Assembly (NCBI RefSeq): GCF_001194135.2
Contig: NC_068982.1
Coordinates: forward strand, 3,199,442-3,263,441
Source of the DNA: Octopus bimaculoides
Taxonomy: Eukaryota
Length of the DNA: 64,000 nucleotides
Direction: 5' to 3'
Shown here in pieces: positions 38,251 to 50,789 of the stretch (the first letter of the stretch is position 1; the number at the start of each line of letters is the position of its first letter). A program made the translations under genes and the position numbers. The notes under the pieces were generated by a model, which did not search any database, had not been told where the DNA came from, and saw nothing but the letters and a program-made list of their open reading frames with translations.

Positions 38251-40610
38251 CAGCTATTTGTAGCAATTTATAAAGTACATATGGTTGTATTAGGGATACA
38301 TATTGTAATACAAAACAGTAATAAAAAGAAGATAAAATAAGAAAAAATATACAAAAATATTGTGATATAATCTGATGCCAGTATATAATAGCAACTTGAG
38401 TTTTCTATCTGTTAATTTTATGGGGATCTACAGTAAAAGTTGAATATTTTGATACCATTTTTCCTGGTACTAACCAATTTTTAGTCAAAGAGTATAATGT
38501 GAGGAGCATTTACGAAAAAGCTGTTTATCAATATTTGTTGAAAAGAATTATATCTAGACAGCCTTGTGGTGTTAATCGTTAAGATATAACACATACTGTT
38601 CATTAAGTTCTGTTAAATGTTCATGTGGGAAGAGTGGGGATACTAACAGAGGTTTCGATTAAGATTTGTATCGCTTTATTCTGCGTTCCTTGCACATCAC
38701 AGAGCCTCTGTTCTTCAATGCTTTCACTTTTCATTCAAATAAGAACACTAACTACATGCTTCCTTCCTGACAATTTACAACCATGCATCATCCATTCAAA
38801 ACCTAAATATCACAAACCAAACCTGCATCGCATCGTGAAGAGAAACCTGAAACAAAAGTAACCTCGAATGGGGTTTTGCAATTCTTGTCTACTTTAACAG
38901 CATAAGGTTACTTATGACGAGGCAAGATTATCGCAACACAGTTTTTTTAATCAGAAGCAATACTCAAGGAGAGTTCTTACCATCGCTCCGATTATTTGGT
39001 CAGGCAATTATAGAGGATCTCAAATTAACAAAGCTACAACTGCATCCCAATGACTGGACCGTCGCTCTGGAGTCAGACGATATTTCACTCTCCAACAATT
39101 GTTGATACTTTACAATACCCAGATGTGGAAAACAGTCGTTTATTGCTTCCATATGTCTTAGGGTACCGTTCCTGCCACAAAAACATTCTGGGTCAAATCC
39201 GCAATGGGTCACCCAATTAGCGTGAAGACACACGCACTTCCCTTACTCCGGATCACACAAGTAAACAAAAATCGAGGGAGCACAGAATATTTGAAGGAGT
39301 TTTTCGAGCTCTCAATTCTGAACTCTCATTTCCTCTATGATACAGATAAAATTCAAATGTCGATTCGGTTTACGCTTGTTCTGCAGGATATAAAATCTTT
39401 AAGATAATTTAATAATAAAAAAAAACAGTTTTAATTGTATTCTATTGAATCAAATGGTTACATGAGACATCGAATTGTGAATGATAGTTTTGTTTTGTTT
39501 GTTTTTTTAATGTCAATTCCGGTTTTTTTTATCAGTTTTCATAAAGAAATGCAACTTCAAATTTTCAATGACAAACGTTTATAACCTTAAGCAGACAGTG
39601 TTCAAGCATGGCCTTGGCCGTGATGGCTAAAGCAAAATGAAAACTAACGAACATAGGAGCATTCAATGGAAGGTGATTTATGAACACAGCAGTGTATAAC
39701 GATACCGTTGAAACAAATATGGTTTTATGGACAAAAACATTTTACGAAAAACTCCAAATACAGGAATCATCTTTCGCTTGCTTCCGCTTAAATCTGCCAC
39801 TCTGAAGAGAAATTGCAGCTAACGGTTTCGTCGAAATTCATTTTTCACTTTTATGTAAGATAATTTAATATCTTCATTAGGGAGTAATTGAGAGCGAGAA
39901 GTGAAATGATATATAACAAATACATTTTCTGGAAGAATTGCTAGAATTAAAGAAACGTATAAATTGCAGGAATAATTTTAATTAAGGGACACTCGTTTGT
40001 ATATAGTGAGAGAGAAACTCTAATTACTCTGCACTGGCTCTGTACAATTTAACTACAGTTTTGTTTCTTGTTTCTGGAGACTACTAGTGGCAGTACACGG
40101 ACTAACATAACTTTTGACTTTAAGCTATCCAAAGCCATTGAATTTACAAATAAGCCATCGTCCTTATATTCCCAAGAAATCAAACAATTATGCGTTGTTG
40201 CATTCTTTCTGAGCAAATATTTCAGTAGTTTACCCTATTTGAACGACGTGACGAGAAAATTAAACAATTGCAGCAGAAAGGTTTCTAAGTATTTATTTGG
40301 AAACATCACACATCTCAATTCGAACACAATAAATTAATTACTGCAACCCGATGTACGAAAAGTGACTTCAGCAAACTAGAATATTTATTTAATGGTTTTA
40401 AGTTACTAGGTGATATCACAAATCTGTGGTTCAAGCCATAACGCCCTTTTTATCGTGTATACCTTAGAAGAGTTCATAACTTGAGAACTTTTCTCTGAAG
40501 AATAATTTATTCACAGAATTTCCAGCAGTTTTTTCAACTCAATAATTTGATGTGACACTAATGATCAGAAACACTGTACACATCATTAGAGTAAGTTTCA
40601 ACTAAATACT

Positions 40611-40874
40611 GGAGTTGGTTGTGTGGTAAGTAGCTTGCTCACCAACCACATAGTTCAGAGTTCAGTCCCACTGCGTGACACCTTGGGCAAGTTTCTTCTA
40701 CTATAGCCTCGGATAGAATAAGTACTAGGCTTACAAAGAATGACTCCAGGGGTCGATTTGTTCGATTAAAGGCAACGCTCTATCATGGCCACAGTCAAAT
40801 GACTGAAATAAATAAAAGGTAAAAGGTAGTACTCCAGCATGGCCGCAGTCAAATGATTGAAACATGCAAAAGAA
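40611..40874 (+). mobile_element. SINE family B, internally deleted, with duplicated 3' end
   Basis: Head joined directly to tail at CTATAGCCTCGG|ATAGAATAAGTACTAGG. CATGGCCRCAGTCAAATGAYTGAAA occurs twice. Confidence 0.9.
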
Positions 40875-40937
40875 CGTGTAGTAAGGGCATTAAATGAATT
40901 TGACTACAAAACTTCATTTCATTTCCAAAAATCTGGC

Positions 40938-41095
40938 GAGGCTCTGCGGTAAGAAGTTTGCTTTGCAACCACATAGTTCCGGGTTCAGTCCCACTGCGTG
41001 GCAACTTGGGCTAGTATTTTCTACTATAACCTCAGGCCGCCCAGAGTACCGTGTGCATATTTTGTAAATGAAAGGGACCCATCGTGCGTGTGTGT
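40938..41095 (+). mobile_element. SINE family B, 5' half
   Basis: GGTAAGAAGTTTGCTT...GGGTTCAGTCCCACTGCGTGGCAACTTGGGC. Confidence 0.82.
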
Positions 41096-41364
41096 GTATA
41101 TATATATATATACAGATAAGGAAATAACTTTATTCTCAAACGCTGGATAATGCTAAATCACAAGGATGTGAGTTCGAGTCATAAGGCTGGCCGCTGACAG
41201 AATCTTTTTTGTAAGGTGTTGATAGTTTATCCTGTTCATGCTATATTATTTGCATTATCCTGCGTTTCACAATAAAATTATTTCCTTGTCTGTATCTTTC
41301 AATACATCTCAACACTTCTAAAGCAAACTTTGTTTGTTGACTTTCAACGCAAGTTGAAATTAAC

Positions 41365-41425
<61 letters not shown>

Positions 41426-41754
41426 AATATTTATAATGGTCTAAAATCTACACAGCCTTGGTTTTTTATGTCATTCCGAAAAGTAAATCCTCATATACAC
41501 ACGCTGATATATGACCTACGTTGGACCCCTTATTCGCATAAGCAACGAACCTGGAGTTTAACTATGGTCTATCCATACCACTTAGTCAGCATTATCTGAC
41601 ACCTCTGGGTCTCATTGACACTACTATAGCTCATAATCTCTATATTTATAAATATGTATGTGTGTGAGTGTGTGTGTTATGTGTGTTTGAGAGAGAGGGT
41701 GTGTGTGTGTGTGTGTGTGTGTGCGTGTGCGTAAGAAAGAGAAAGAAAGGACAG

Positions 41755-41848
41755 AACAAGTACTGGGGTCGATTCATTCGACAACAATTCTTGATGCACC
41801 ATCATGGCCACGCCCAATGACTGAAACAAGTAAATGAATAAAAGAATA
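41755..41848 (+). mobile_element. SINE 3' tail fragment (B-related)
   Basis: AAGTACTGGGGTCGATTCATTCGAC...CATGGCC...AATGACTGAAACAAGTAAATGAATAAAAGAATA. Confidence 0.75.
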
Positions 41849-42727
41849 AGTTCTAAGTCCTATTCCCATGGCATTCCAATTCACATGTCCTCCCACCGTT
41901 GCAGTTACTCCCAAGCAATTTCTAGGTGCACCAAATGTGGACCAATTCCAAATCTGAATAATTAGTTTCTTTTCGTGACGAATGAACGTAGGCGATCCTG
42001 TACGGACGATAGTCAAACATTCTTCATTTTGTCTTTTTTTTTTTCGGTGATTTTAAGTTCCCTCGTGTTCAACAATTATTTTCAGAGCTGTTAAAAATAT
42101 TATAAACACTGTACTACAACCTAATTAATACAGTTTATTTTCTATCCCACAAAACTTAGGTGTTTTCTGAATAGGAATCAAATTCGTAACAGCGAGCCAT
42201 TGTCTGGTGTTTCTGTGGAACGATTCTGCCATTGTAAAACACATACTAAGAATATGTATTTGGAATTCTAAACGTCACCAGCATGAGAATAATCAGTCTG
42301 TCGGCCTCTGCCCCTATGACCAAGTAAATGCAGCCTACGACTGAAGACATTTTGCTTATGTTTAAAAGCGAAAAGTTAGATTTAGTAAAGAGTAGTTTTG
42401 AGATATATTCTACAGTCGAGGAAATGAGGAAAAAGTTGGAATGAAGGATGAGAAAGATAACACTAATGTGGAGAATTGGCTTTTCAACTACTGGTAATAT
42501 TTGCTGAATAAATCGGAAATAAATGCATAATATAATTTCGGGAATAAAATTGGTTTATTCTTTCATCCTCAGATACCAATAAATAACTGAATATACTAAG
42601 TCGATAATGTGCATTGGTGAGGGTATTTATAGGAATCGATGTAGGCTTTGATAGCAATAAACACACACATACAAACACACACTCACACACACATAAAAAA
42701 AGATAGATAGACAGACAGACAACAGAC

Positions 42728-42778
<51 letters not shown>

Positions 42779-42881
42779 GAGATGGATGGGTAGACAAATA
42801 GATAGATATTGCAGTTGATATATAGTACAGTGGTTATGTACACCTGCATACATATACATGCATTTGTATGCAGGTGTACAT

Positions 42882-42935
42882 ATTCTTTTATTCTTTTATT
42901 CTTTTTCTTGTTTCAGTCATTTGACCGCAGCCGCT
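42882..42935 (-). mobile_element. SINE family B tail fragment
   Basis: TTCTTTTATTCTTTT...GTTTCAGTCATTTGACCGCAGCC. Confidence 0.65.
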
Positions 42936-42987
42936 CACGTACATACATACTTCCATAAATATATTTACGTAGGGAGGTGTCTATGTA

Positions 42988-43051
<64 letters not shown>

Positions 43052-43784
43052 GAGGGAAAGATGTGTGCTAAAGAAAATAATCTTACATCAGCATAAAAAT
43101 ATAGAGATAACTGTCATTCATACAAACATGACTACACCAATAGAAATATACATACACATTTCGACAAACATAAACATTTACTTCCACGCACAGATAAAGG
43201 CATGCAGACTGACAGTCATACATGATGCATAACAAACCGAGGAAAACAAGATTTGAATATTTGCCTTTATGGATCTTTACAAGTTTAATTAAATACAAAC
43301 ATTTTAAAGACTTTGGCGATTGTAGATAAACATCTAGAGAAAAATATATCTAAATTGATTACGAGATAGATCGACACACCCCCGCGCAGACAGATATACG
43401 CTAGAATAAATATAATTGAGTGTGTATTATCAAATCAAATATCATGCTTTATCTTTGCAGCAACATTTCTGAAAGATGGATCATTTGGTTTCACGTGAAG
43501 AGAACAGAGCCATTAATGACATCAGATTTTGTATTCATAAATAGTTGTAACTAAACAAGACAATTTCAACAGGCCTGTTATTTTCGACACGTCACAAAGA
43601 TAAACATATTAAGTGACATATCTGCATGTGTGTGGTTGTGTTTGTGTGTCTGCGTCTCATATGTGTGTTTGTATGCATGGGTATACGATTATGCATATAT
43701 CTCTCACCGTTTCTCTATATCCATGCGCTTGAGTGTTTGTGTGTCTATTCTCATGCGCATTCTTCTATTTTTTTACTGTGGCTA

Positions 43785-43820
<36 letters not shown>

Positions 43821-44699
43821 ATAGTAATGGTATGACAACAAAAGAAAAGAATGAGACCTCAATATTGTGTAAACAGAGGAATTTATCTGTAATATAATGT
43901 GACAATTATTCGGTTGCCATAATAAAATTCTGGGTTTCGGATGTCGGAATGTGCGGTCTTTGTGAGATGGAAAGATGGCTTTGAACTTTTAGGATCATGT
44001 CTACATATGGCTAAATACTTGTTACGTTTTTGGTCCCACCAAGATCACAGATGGAACCTGCCTTTTATATTGTGTCCACGTACAAGCATTTTATCTCTAT
44101 ACTATATATTTTTATATATATATTTTTACATATTTTTATATATCTTTTATATATTTTTATTGCTTTATATATTTTTACATATTTTTTTCTGTATATTACT
44201 TTTCACTCTGCATTTTTCTTGTACATGTGCGTATATAAACGTGTATATGAACATATTTGTGCACGTATGGGTATATACACATGTGTGTGTGTGCGTGTGC
44301 GCGGGTATGTATATGTGTACATGTGTATGGTTGCATATATATGTGGGTGTACACGCATGTGTTTCAAGCGAGTGTTAGTGAGCATATGCATATATAGCTT
44401 GTGCGTTTTTGGACGTGTATTTGAATATAATTGTGCGCATATGGGTATGTGCACGTGTGTGTGGCTATGTATCTGTGTACATGTGTATGGTTGTATATAT
44501 ATATGTGCATGTATGTGTTTCACGCGAGTGTGAGTGAGCTTATGCATATAGGCACATATACGTGGGTGTGCCCGCGCGCATGTGGATGTATGTAATAACA
44601 ATCAACTTTTGTCATTGAAATTTAAGCATCGCGCTTGAAACTCAAGTGTACCAACGATTTCAATCAAACTGTTTTGATGCATATATATATATATATCTT

Positions 44700-45300
44700 T
44701 CCGCGATGGTCCGTCCTTTGCCGATGATTCTCCATTCCCTGTTGTATCAAGTCTAAATCTTTTCTCTCCTCCCCTATAAATTATATTAGCCAAGTTCTCG
44801 AGCTTTTGTTCGTCGTCCCCTTTGAATTTGGTGATCAATGCTGCTACCTCGTCGTCGAATTTCTTATAGCCCGCTGCATAATTTGCCTTCGGCTACTTAA
44901 TCATTGGTTGCTCCACCCCTATCTCTTTTTTTGGCTGTTCCCATTCAATTGTGGAATGATTTTCGCTATGGTTTCTTTCCAGAAGGTTCTGGCCACACGT
45001 CTTTTGGTTTCCAATCCGCGCTGTTGAATTACTTTCTTCTGACACACCTGCTCTTGATGAATTCTAAGCCCGATGTAACTAGAAAATACCTTTCCGCAGC
45101 AGCTGAATTCCTCATCTACCTTTCCTTTAGCGCTTCCTTTTTTGTTGTCCATTTCTGGTTTGAGTCTTTTTTTTTTTTTTTGTTCTTGTTTGATCCTTTA
45201 TTCTCCCCTCCCACTCCGTGCTCCGGGATCATAGTGGAATGGTTCAACATGATTACTTGTTGCAACTTTACCCGCATGTTAGGCGCGAAAATACCTTAAG
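44700..45300 (-). mobile_element. 5' portion of an RLE-type non-LTR element (HERO-like): leader, N-terminal zinc finger, pre-RT region
   Basis: MDNKK...FSCCGKVFSSYIGLRIHQEQVC (C2H2-like), then IK*PKANYAAGYKKFDDEVAALITKFKGDDEQKLENLANIIYRGGEKRF. Clade assignment from recalled motifs. Confidence 0.6.
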
Positions 45301-45418
45301 CTATATTTATTTTTCACTGACGTCATTACTGTTATTTCTTTATCTTCTGCAAACAAAGTGCACAAAAAAGCTACACGTTTGCATTATGTAATATATACAA
45401 TAATAATAAAGGATGTTA

Positions 45419-45581
45419 CCGTATATACGTTTACAAACCAAGGACGTTATATAGACCTCCTTGACTCAAGTTAGAGAAGGGGTGCGTATTATACACAAGG
45501 TTTAGGTTTTTCAGAGGTACAGCCCCCTAAAAATCCCCTGCGTATCATACTTAAGGGCGGAATATACTCTAGGATTTACGG
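45419..45581. mobile_element. pogo/Tigger-type MITE
   Basis: Ends TA|CCGTATATAC and GGATTTACGG|TA with TA TSD; internal GCGTATTATAC/GCGTATCATAC subterminal motifs. Confidence 0.65.
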
Positions 45582-45614
45582 TATANNNNNNNNNNNNNNN
45601 NNNNNNNNNNNNNN

Positions 45615-45669
<55 letters not shown>

Positions 45670-46256
45670 GTGTGTATGTGTTTTAACTGACCATGCAGTA
45701 GCGCTTATATTCTCAAGCATGTGCAACAGTTTTTAAAGAAAACTTGCTCATGCATGCAGGACTCCTTCGCTAGGCCAGTAATATTGATTCAAGCAGAAGG
45801 CCACCCGCTTGGCCGGAGACAGTTTAGTACCGGTGTTGTTGTATGTGTGTCTGAGAGAACACAAAATATTGGACCAAATTCTTTGAAGACATCTTGCCTT
45901 CAATAAATAAATATCATTTCTTGTTGTGTCTTGGGAGAGTCATTACGTCAATTGTCAATAACACAAGCACCAGTTCCATTCTACTCCTTTATTTGTTAGC
46001 CAACTGATTAAATATCTACCCAACTAACAAATCGATCGTTTGTTTAACTTGTCGGTTCAACCGCCATTCTTTTTTATTTGTTTTGTGTTTGTTCTGTTCG
46101 TCGCGGTAGTTTCGTCGCCAATCGGAACCTTTTCGGTGATTTATCTCCCACCTCGCCCCGAAAGACGTCTTCGTCTGCCTTGCATACGGTTGCTTGAATG
46201 TGTGTGTGTGATTTCTTTTGTTGCTCCCCCGCCCGCAATATATCGGATAAAAATAG

Positions 46257-46308
<52 letters not shown>

Positions 46309-46432
46309 GCACACACAGCGAACGAGATGAATTCATAAAAACATTGTGCCATTCATAACATCACAATATTAATTATGTAGCGATATATTTATGAAAATAT
46401 GTATTCAATTTAAAATTCCATTTTGGTATTGC

Positions 46433-46625
46433 TTTCGAATTTTGGCACAATGCCAGCAACTTTGAGGTGTGGGTAAGTCGATTATATGAACCTCCATGTG
46501 TTCAACTTTCTTTTATCGACTCTGAACGGATGAAAAGCAAAGCCTGTGCCGGCAGAATTTGAACTGAGTGCATCAAGATGAACGAATTACCACAAAACAT
46601 TTCACAGTCCTGCTGACGATGTTGC
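46433..46625 (-). mobile_element. SINE family A-related, diverged
   Basis: TTTGGCACAATGCCAGCAAC...GGCAGAATTTGAACT. Confidence 0.7.
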
Positions 46626-46746
46626 TTTTAATTCCATATTTATATTAAACAAGAACTTGATTGCCTGGCGATTCTTTAACAAGAATTTTAGAATAATGAG
46701 TTTGAAGTTTTAATAATTTGATATATATAAAATTTAAGGTTAGATA

Positions 46747-46908
46747 GGAGTAGCTGTGGTAAATAGCTTGCTAACCAACAACTTGGTTCCGGGTTCAATC
46801 TCACTGCGTGGCACTTTGGGCAAGTGTCTTTTACTATAGCCTCGGGCCGACCAAAGCCTTGTCAGTGGATCTGGAAGACGGAAATTGAAAGAAGCCCATG
46901 GATATATG

Positions 46909-46964
<56 letters not shown>

Positions 46965-47153
46965 AACATCGCTTCAGAACCGATGGTGGTGTGCTCACGT
47001 CCCCGTCATATAGCGGTTCGGCAAGAAAGACACCGATAGAATAAGTACTAGGCTTACAAAGAATAAGTCCTGGAGTCGATTTGCTCGATAAAGGCGGTGC
47101 TACAGCATGGCCGCACTCAAGATGACTGAAGCAACTAAAAGAATAAAAGAATA
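46747..47153 (+). mobile_element. SINE family B, full length
   Basis: tRNA-like head (GGTTCCGGGTTCAATC), CORE-like GCACTTTGGGCAAGTGTCTT, internal (TA)/(TG)n, tail ending AAAAGAATAAAAGAATA. Confidence 0.93.
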
Positions 47154-47241
47154 ATATACATTGACATATTTCAACAGCCAAGCATGTGACCACGGGTGTG
47201 TGTGTATGTGTTTGTTCATGTGTACGTGGGTGGAAATTCGT

Positions 47242-47283
47242 TGTGTCCCTGTACATGTGTCCCTGTACATGTGTCCCTGTACA
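47242..47283. repeat. 3 perfect copies of 14-bp TGTGTCCCTGTACA
   Basis: Read directly. Confidence 0.95.
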
Positions 47284-47629
47284 TTCGTTAATGGGTCGAC
47301 TACTAAAATATAACATGTGGCTGTGAAAGTAAGTGGTCACATATTTTCCATAAATTATCATCGTTTGCAAAACTTTCATTAACAGCATCAGGAAAATATT
47401 GCATCGTTTCATTGATGCTTTCAAATAATTTTACACGTCAGAATTTCTTCGCGCATTTACGCTGCTGTCATTGATATTTTGCATCACTTTGAAAAGAAAT
47501 TACCTTATCTATTAAAAGACAATCTTCGGCCAAATCTTATAAGCAAAATGAATCATACTTTTTTATCTTATTTCCTTTCTCCATTTTTTTCATCAAGTTT
47601 AACTGTTAAACACTGTTTCTGTGTCTTTC

Positions 47630-47660
<31 letters not shown>

Positions 47661-47850
47661 TCCGATAGGTGAGGATTAGCGTCTGACGCTCCGTTTTCAC
47701 CCAGTCATCACTTATCTCCAATTTTTTTCCATCTTTTCGCGAATTGTTTTTTTTGTTTTGTTTCATTTTATTTTGTGTTATTTTCCTTTTATTGTTGAAA
47801 CGATGCTTTATTTAATATTTATTGCTGAAACGACGCCTTATTTAATATTT

Positions 47851-48063
47851 GCGACCTGGCAGAAACGTCAGCACGCCAGGCGAAATGCTTAGCTGTATTT
47901 CGTCTGTCTTTACGTTCTGAATTCAAATTCCGCCGAGGTCAATTTAGCATTTCATCCTTTCAGGGTCAATAAATTAAGAACCAGTTGCATACTGGAGTCG
48001 ATCTCATCTACTGACCCCTCCCCAAAGATTTCGGGCCTTGTGCCTTGATTAGAAAAGGATATT
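47851..48063 (+). mobile_element. SINE family A, full length
   Basis: Head and A2 tail present; preceded by a 30-bp tandem duplication. Confidence 0.9.
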
Positions 48064-48741
48064 TGGTTAACGTGTAGCACAGACTTTAATTTTCCCTCTC
48101 ACTCGTACACTGACACCACCGGTGGCTAGTTTGTGTCTTGGTTGCTTATCTCTTTCGCTTATAACCACGACTCGTATAAAAGGGTCGACAACTTCGACAT
48201 CAATAAACACATAATACGATTGTTCACAGCTTAAATTACTTAGTTTTGTCTTTCAACCACTTTCTTTTAATGGAAGGTCTTTTGGAATACCCTTCACAAG
48301 ATTAATATTGTTCCAATACAGCAAAAATAAAATTTGTTCTGTGAGAGATTTCAGGGTCCGAGGATAAAGGATGCGTATTATTTGGTTTAGTATGTTTGCG
48401 AGTATTCTGCAGGCGACGAGAAAATGGTATGAGATAGGTCAACTCCAATGGAAATGTCACCAGGTGAGCCAATTCCAGTAGAAACACTGCAGTGAGATGA
48501 GAAAACAGTAGAGGAATTTCTTCTTTTATGACAGGTGTGTGTTGACATTTCTACTACAGAACATATAATTAATGACAATCAGTATAATATTCTTCTCTTG
48601 TCAGCATTAACACCGCAGGTAGGACGACTAAGTAGTCAATCGGGGTTATGCGGTTATTCCTCAGGTAAAACATTGCTTATGAGGTTCAATTATTTCCCAT
48701 CTTAGCATTACTTGGTACTCCTTTTTATAAGACAGACAGAC

Positions 48742-48799
<58 letters not shown>

Positions 48800-48908
48800 C
48801 AGGCCGTCCAAAAGCGGTGGCAGCCGACTTCAATGGGGGAATTTCGGCCGCATATCGTCCCTTGCCAAGGGTCTCGTCCAGAATCATTAGCAAGCCGGAC
48901 AAATTGTA

Positions 48909-49630
48909 TAGTGGCATTTCGTTCGTCTTTACGTTCTGCGTTCAAATTCCACCGAGGTCACTTTGCCTTTTGTTCTTTCTGGGGTCGGTCAAATAAGTAC
49001 CAGTTGTATACTGTGGTTAATGTAATCGACTAGACCCTTTCTCGCAAAACGTCAAGCCTTGTGTCTGTAGTAGAAAGGGTTACTATTATCATCACCATCA
49101 CCATCATCATCATCATCGAAGTGGCGATCGACTTTGCCTTTCACCGTTTCGAGGTGGATAGCATAAAGTACCAGTCTCGTAATGGGGTTGATGTAATCGA
49201 CTTTTTCCTTCCCTTCGAAATTGCTGGAATTGTGTCAAAATGACGAAGAATTATGATTATGATTATCAAGGGTGCGAACTGACAAAATCATCAGCACGTC
49301 TTACGAAATGCTCACCGGGTTTCTTCTGGGTCTTTACGTATTGAGTTCAACTTCCAGTTCCCTGTCAGGTAATAGAGTCGGTGTGTTCGATTAACCCCAT
49401 CCCCAGACACTGCTGTCCTGGTGCCAAAATTTGAAACCATGGAGATGGCGAGATGGCAGAATCGTTTGCACGCCGTGAAAAATGCTTAATGATATTTCGT
49501 TCGTCTGTACGTCCTGAGTTCAAATTCTGCCGAGGTTGGTTTCGTCTTTCATCCTTTCAGGGTCGATGTAATCGACTCATCCCCTTCCCCCTAAAAGCCA
49601 GATCTCGTGCCTTAAATAGAAAGGGTTATA
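48909..49630 (+). mobile_element. head-to-tail array of four SINE family A copies
   Basis: Units at about 48909-49090, 49120-49255, 49268-49440, 49445-49630, separated by short ATC/ATT tails. Confidence 0.8.
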
Positions 49631-49658
49631 ACTGTTATTGTCGTTGTTGTTCTTATCT

Positions 49659-49661
<3 letters not shown>

Positions 49662-49720
<59 letters not shown>
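49662..49720. repeat. (TAG)n microsatellite
   Basis: Read directly. Confidence 0.97.
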
Positions 49721-49721
<1 letters not shown>

Positions 49722-50511
49722 ACGGTGGTATATTCCTTGAGCTGGCTAATTGGATCCTTGTTATAAAAGACTATTTGAGGAGGGACGGGTTGTGTAGAGG
49801 AGTGCATCAAACACAAGCTGTATCTACACCTCGCACTGGATTTCATTCCGCCATTGACTATCACACTACATTGCTCGCTGTTGTTCTTTCAAACGAAATT
49901 CTTTGAAGAATATTAAAGCCTTCACTGAGAATTTATTTAGAAATTCCCACAGGAACATGGTTAATTCTCAACACAATGCTGACGCGAATAATGGATAGAG
50001 GTTGGCAGGGACGGGGTGGAGAATGTGATGACGAGTCACGTAATGAGATCGCCTGTGCCACCGTATCTACTAATTAGAGGATCAATGAGCCAGCATTCTT
50101 CATTTACATCAATTCTACTTTAGCGAGACGGTGATTGAACAGCCAACCTATATTTCTTCAGCTCTGATAAATCACACGCTGTTACTGAGCGAAGTGTTGT
50201 GGTAAGCATCTTATCTCCACCTAAGAAATGTTTATTCAACAAAAATGTTTAAACAATTCCACAAGAAAGAACTATGAAATGTGCGCGCTATTATCATACC
50301 GAAACGTTGAGGAAGATTCTAATTCAGTATTGCAAGATGGCCGACGAAGTGTTCATAAATTATACATTCAGATGCATTCACCAATACGTCAGTATGCTTT
50401 CCTCGCCTCACGGAGATCAAACACACACATACAGACGTGTGTATGTGTGTTTCTATATGTGTAATGGTGACGGCCATTCCAATCGATTTTGTTTTTAATA
50501 ATAATCATGAT

Positions 50512-50717
50512 GTTTTCAAATTTTGGCACAAGGCTAGCAATTTCGAGGAAGTGGGGAAGCCGATTACATTGGCCCCAGAGCTCAACTGGTACTTATTTTA
50601 TCGACCCCGAAAGGATGAAAGGTAAAGTCCGCTACGGCGAAATTTGAACTCAGAACGTAAAGACGGGCAAAATGCCGCCACGCATTTTGCCCAGCACGCT
50701 AACGATCCAGCCAGCTT
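50512..50717 (-). mobile_element. SINE family A
   Basis: Reverse complement of family A. Confidence 0.85.
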
Positions 50718-50750
50718 AATAATAATAACAATAATAAAATCGAAATAAAG

Positions 50751-50782
<32 letters not shown>

Positions 50783-50789
50783 AATAATA

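Noticed and set aside
38914-39105. ORF with faint likeness to a Polinton penton N-terminus (…HPNDWTVAL…)
   Set aside because: Motif spacing does not fit well and no other Polinton gene is nearby; needs a profile search.
39820-39884. Minus-strand CTAATGA…GAAACCGTTA hammerhead-like pattern
   Set aside because: G5 is mutated, there is a roughly 28-nt unpaired insert and no stem I; too degenerate to call.
43453-43560. Acceptor-like CTTTGCAG at 43460 (and TTTTCAG near 52952) followed by short open frames
   Set aside because: Such motifs are frequent by chance in AT-rich DNA; no matching donors.
43810-44100. Segment resembling a remembered octopus Penelope-related repeat with GAAAC on minus
   Set aside because: Single copy in the window and the hammerhead core is not retained; unsupported from this sequence alone.
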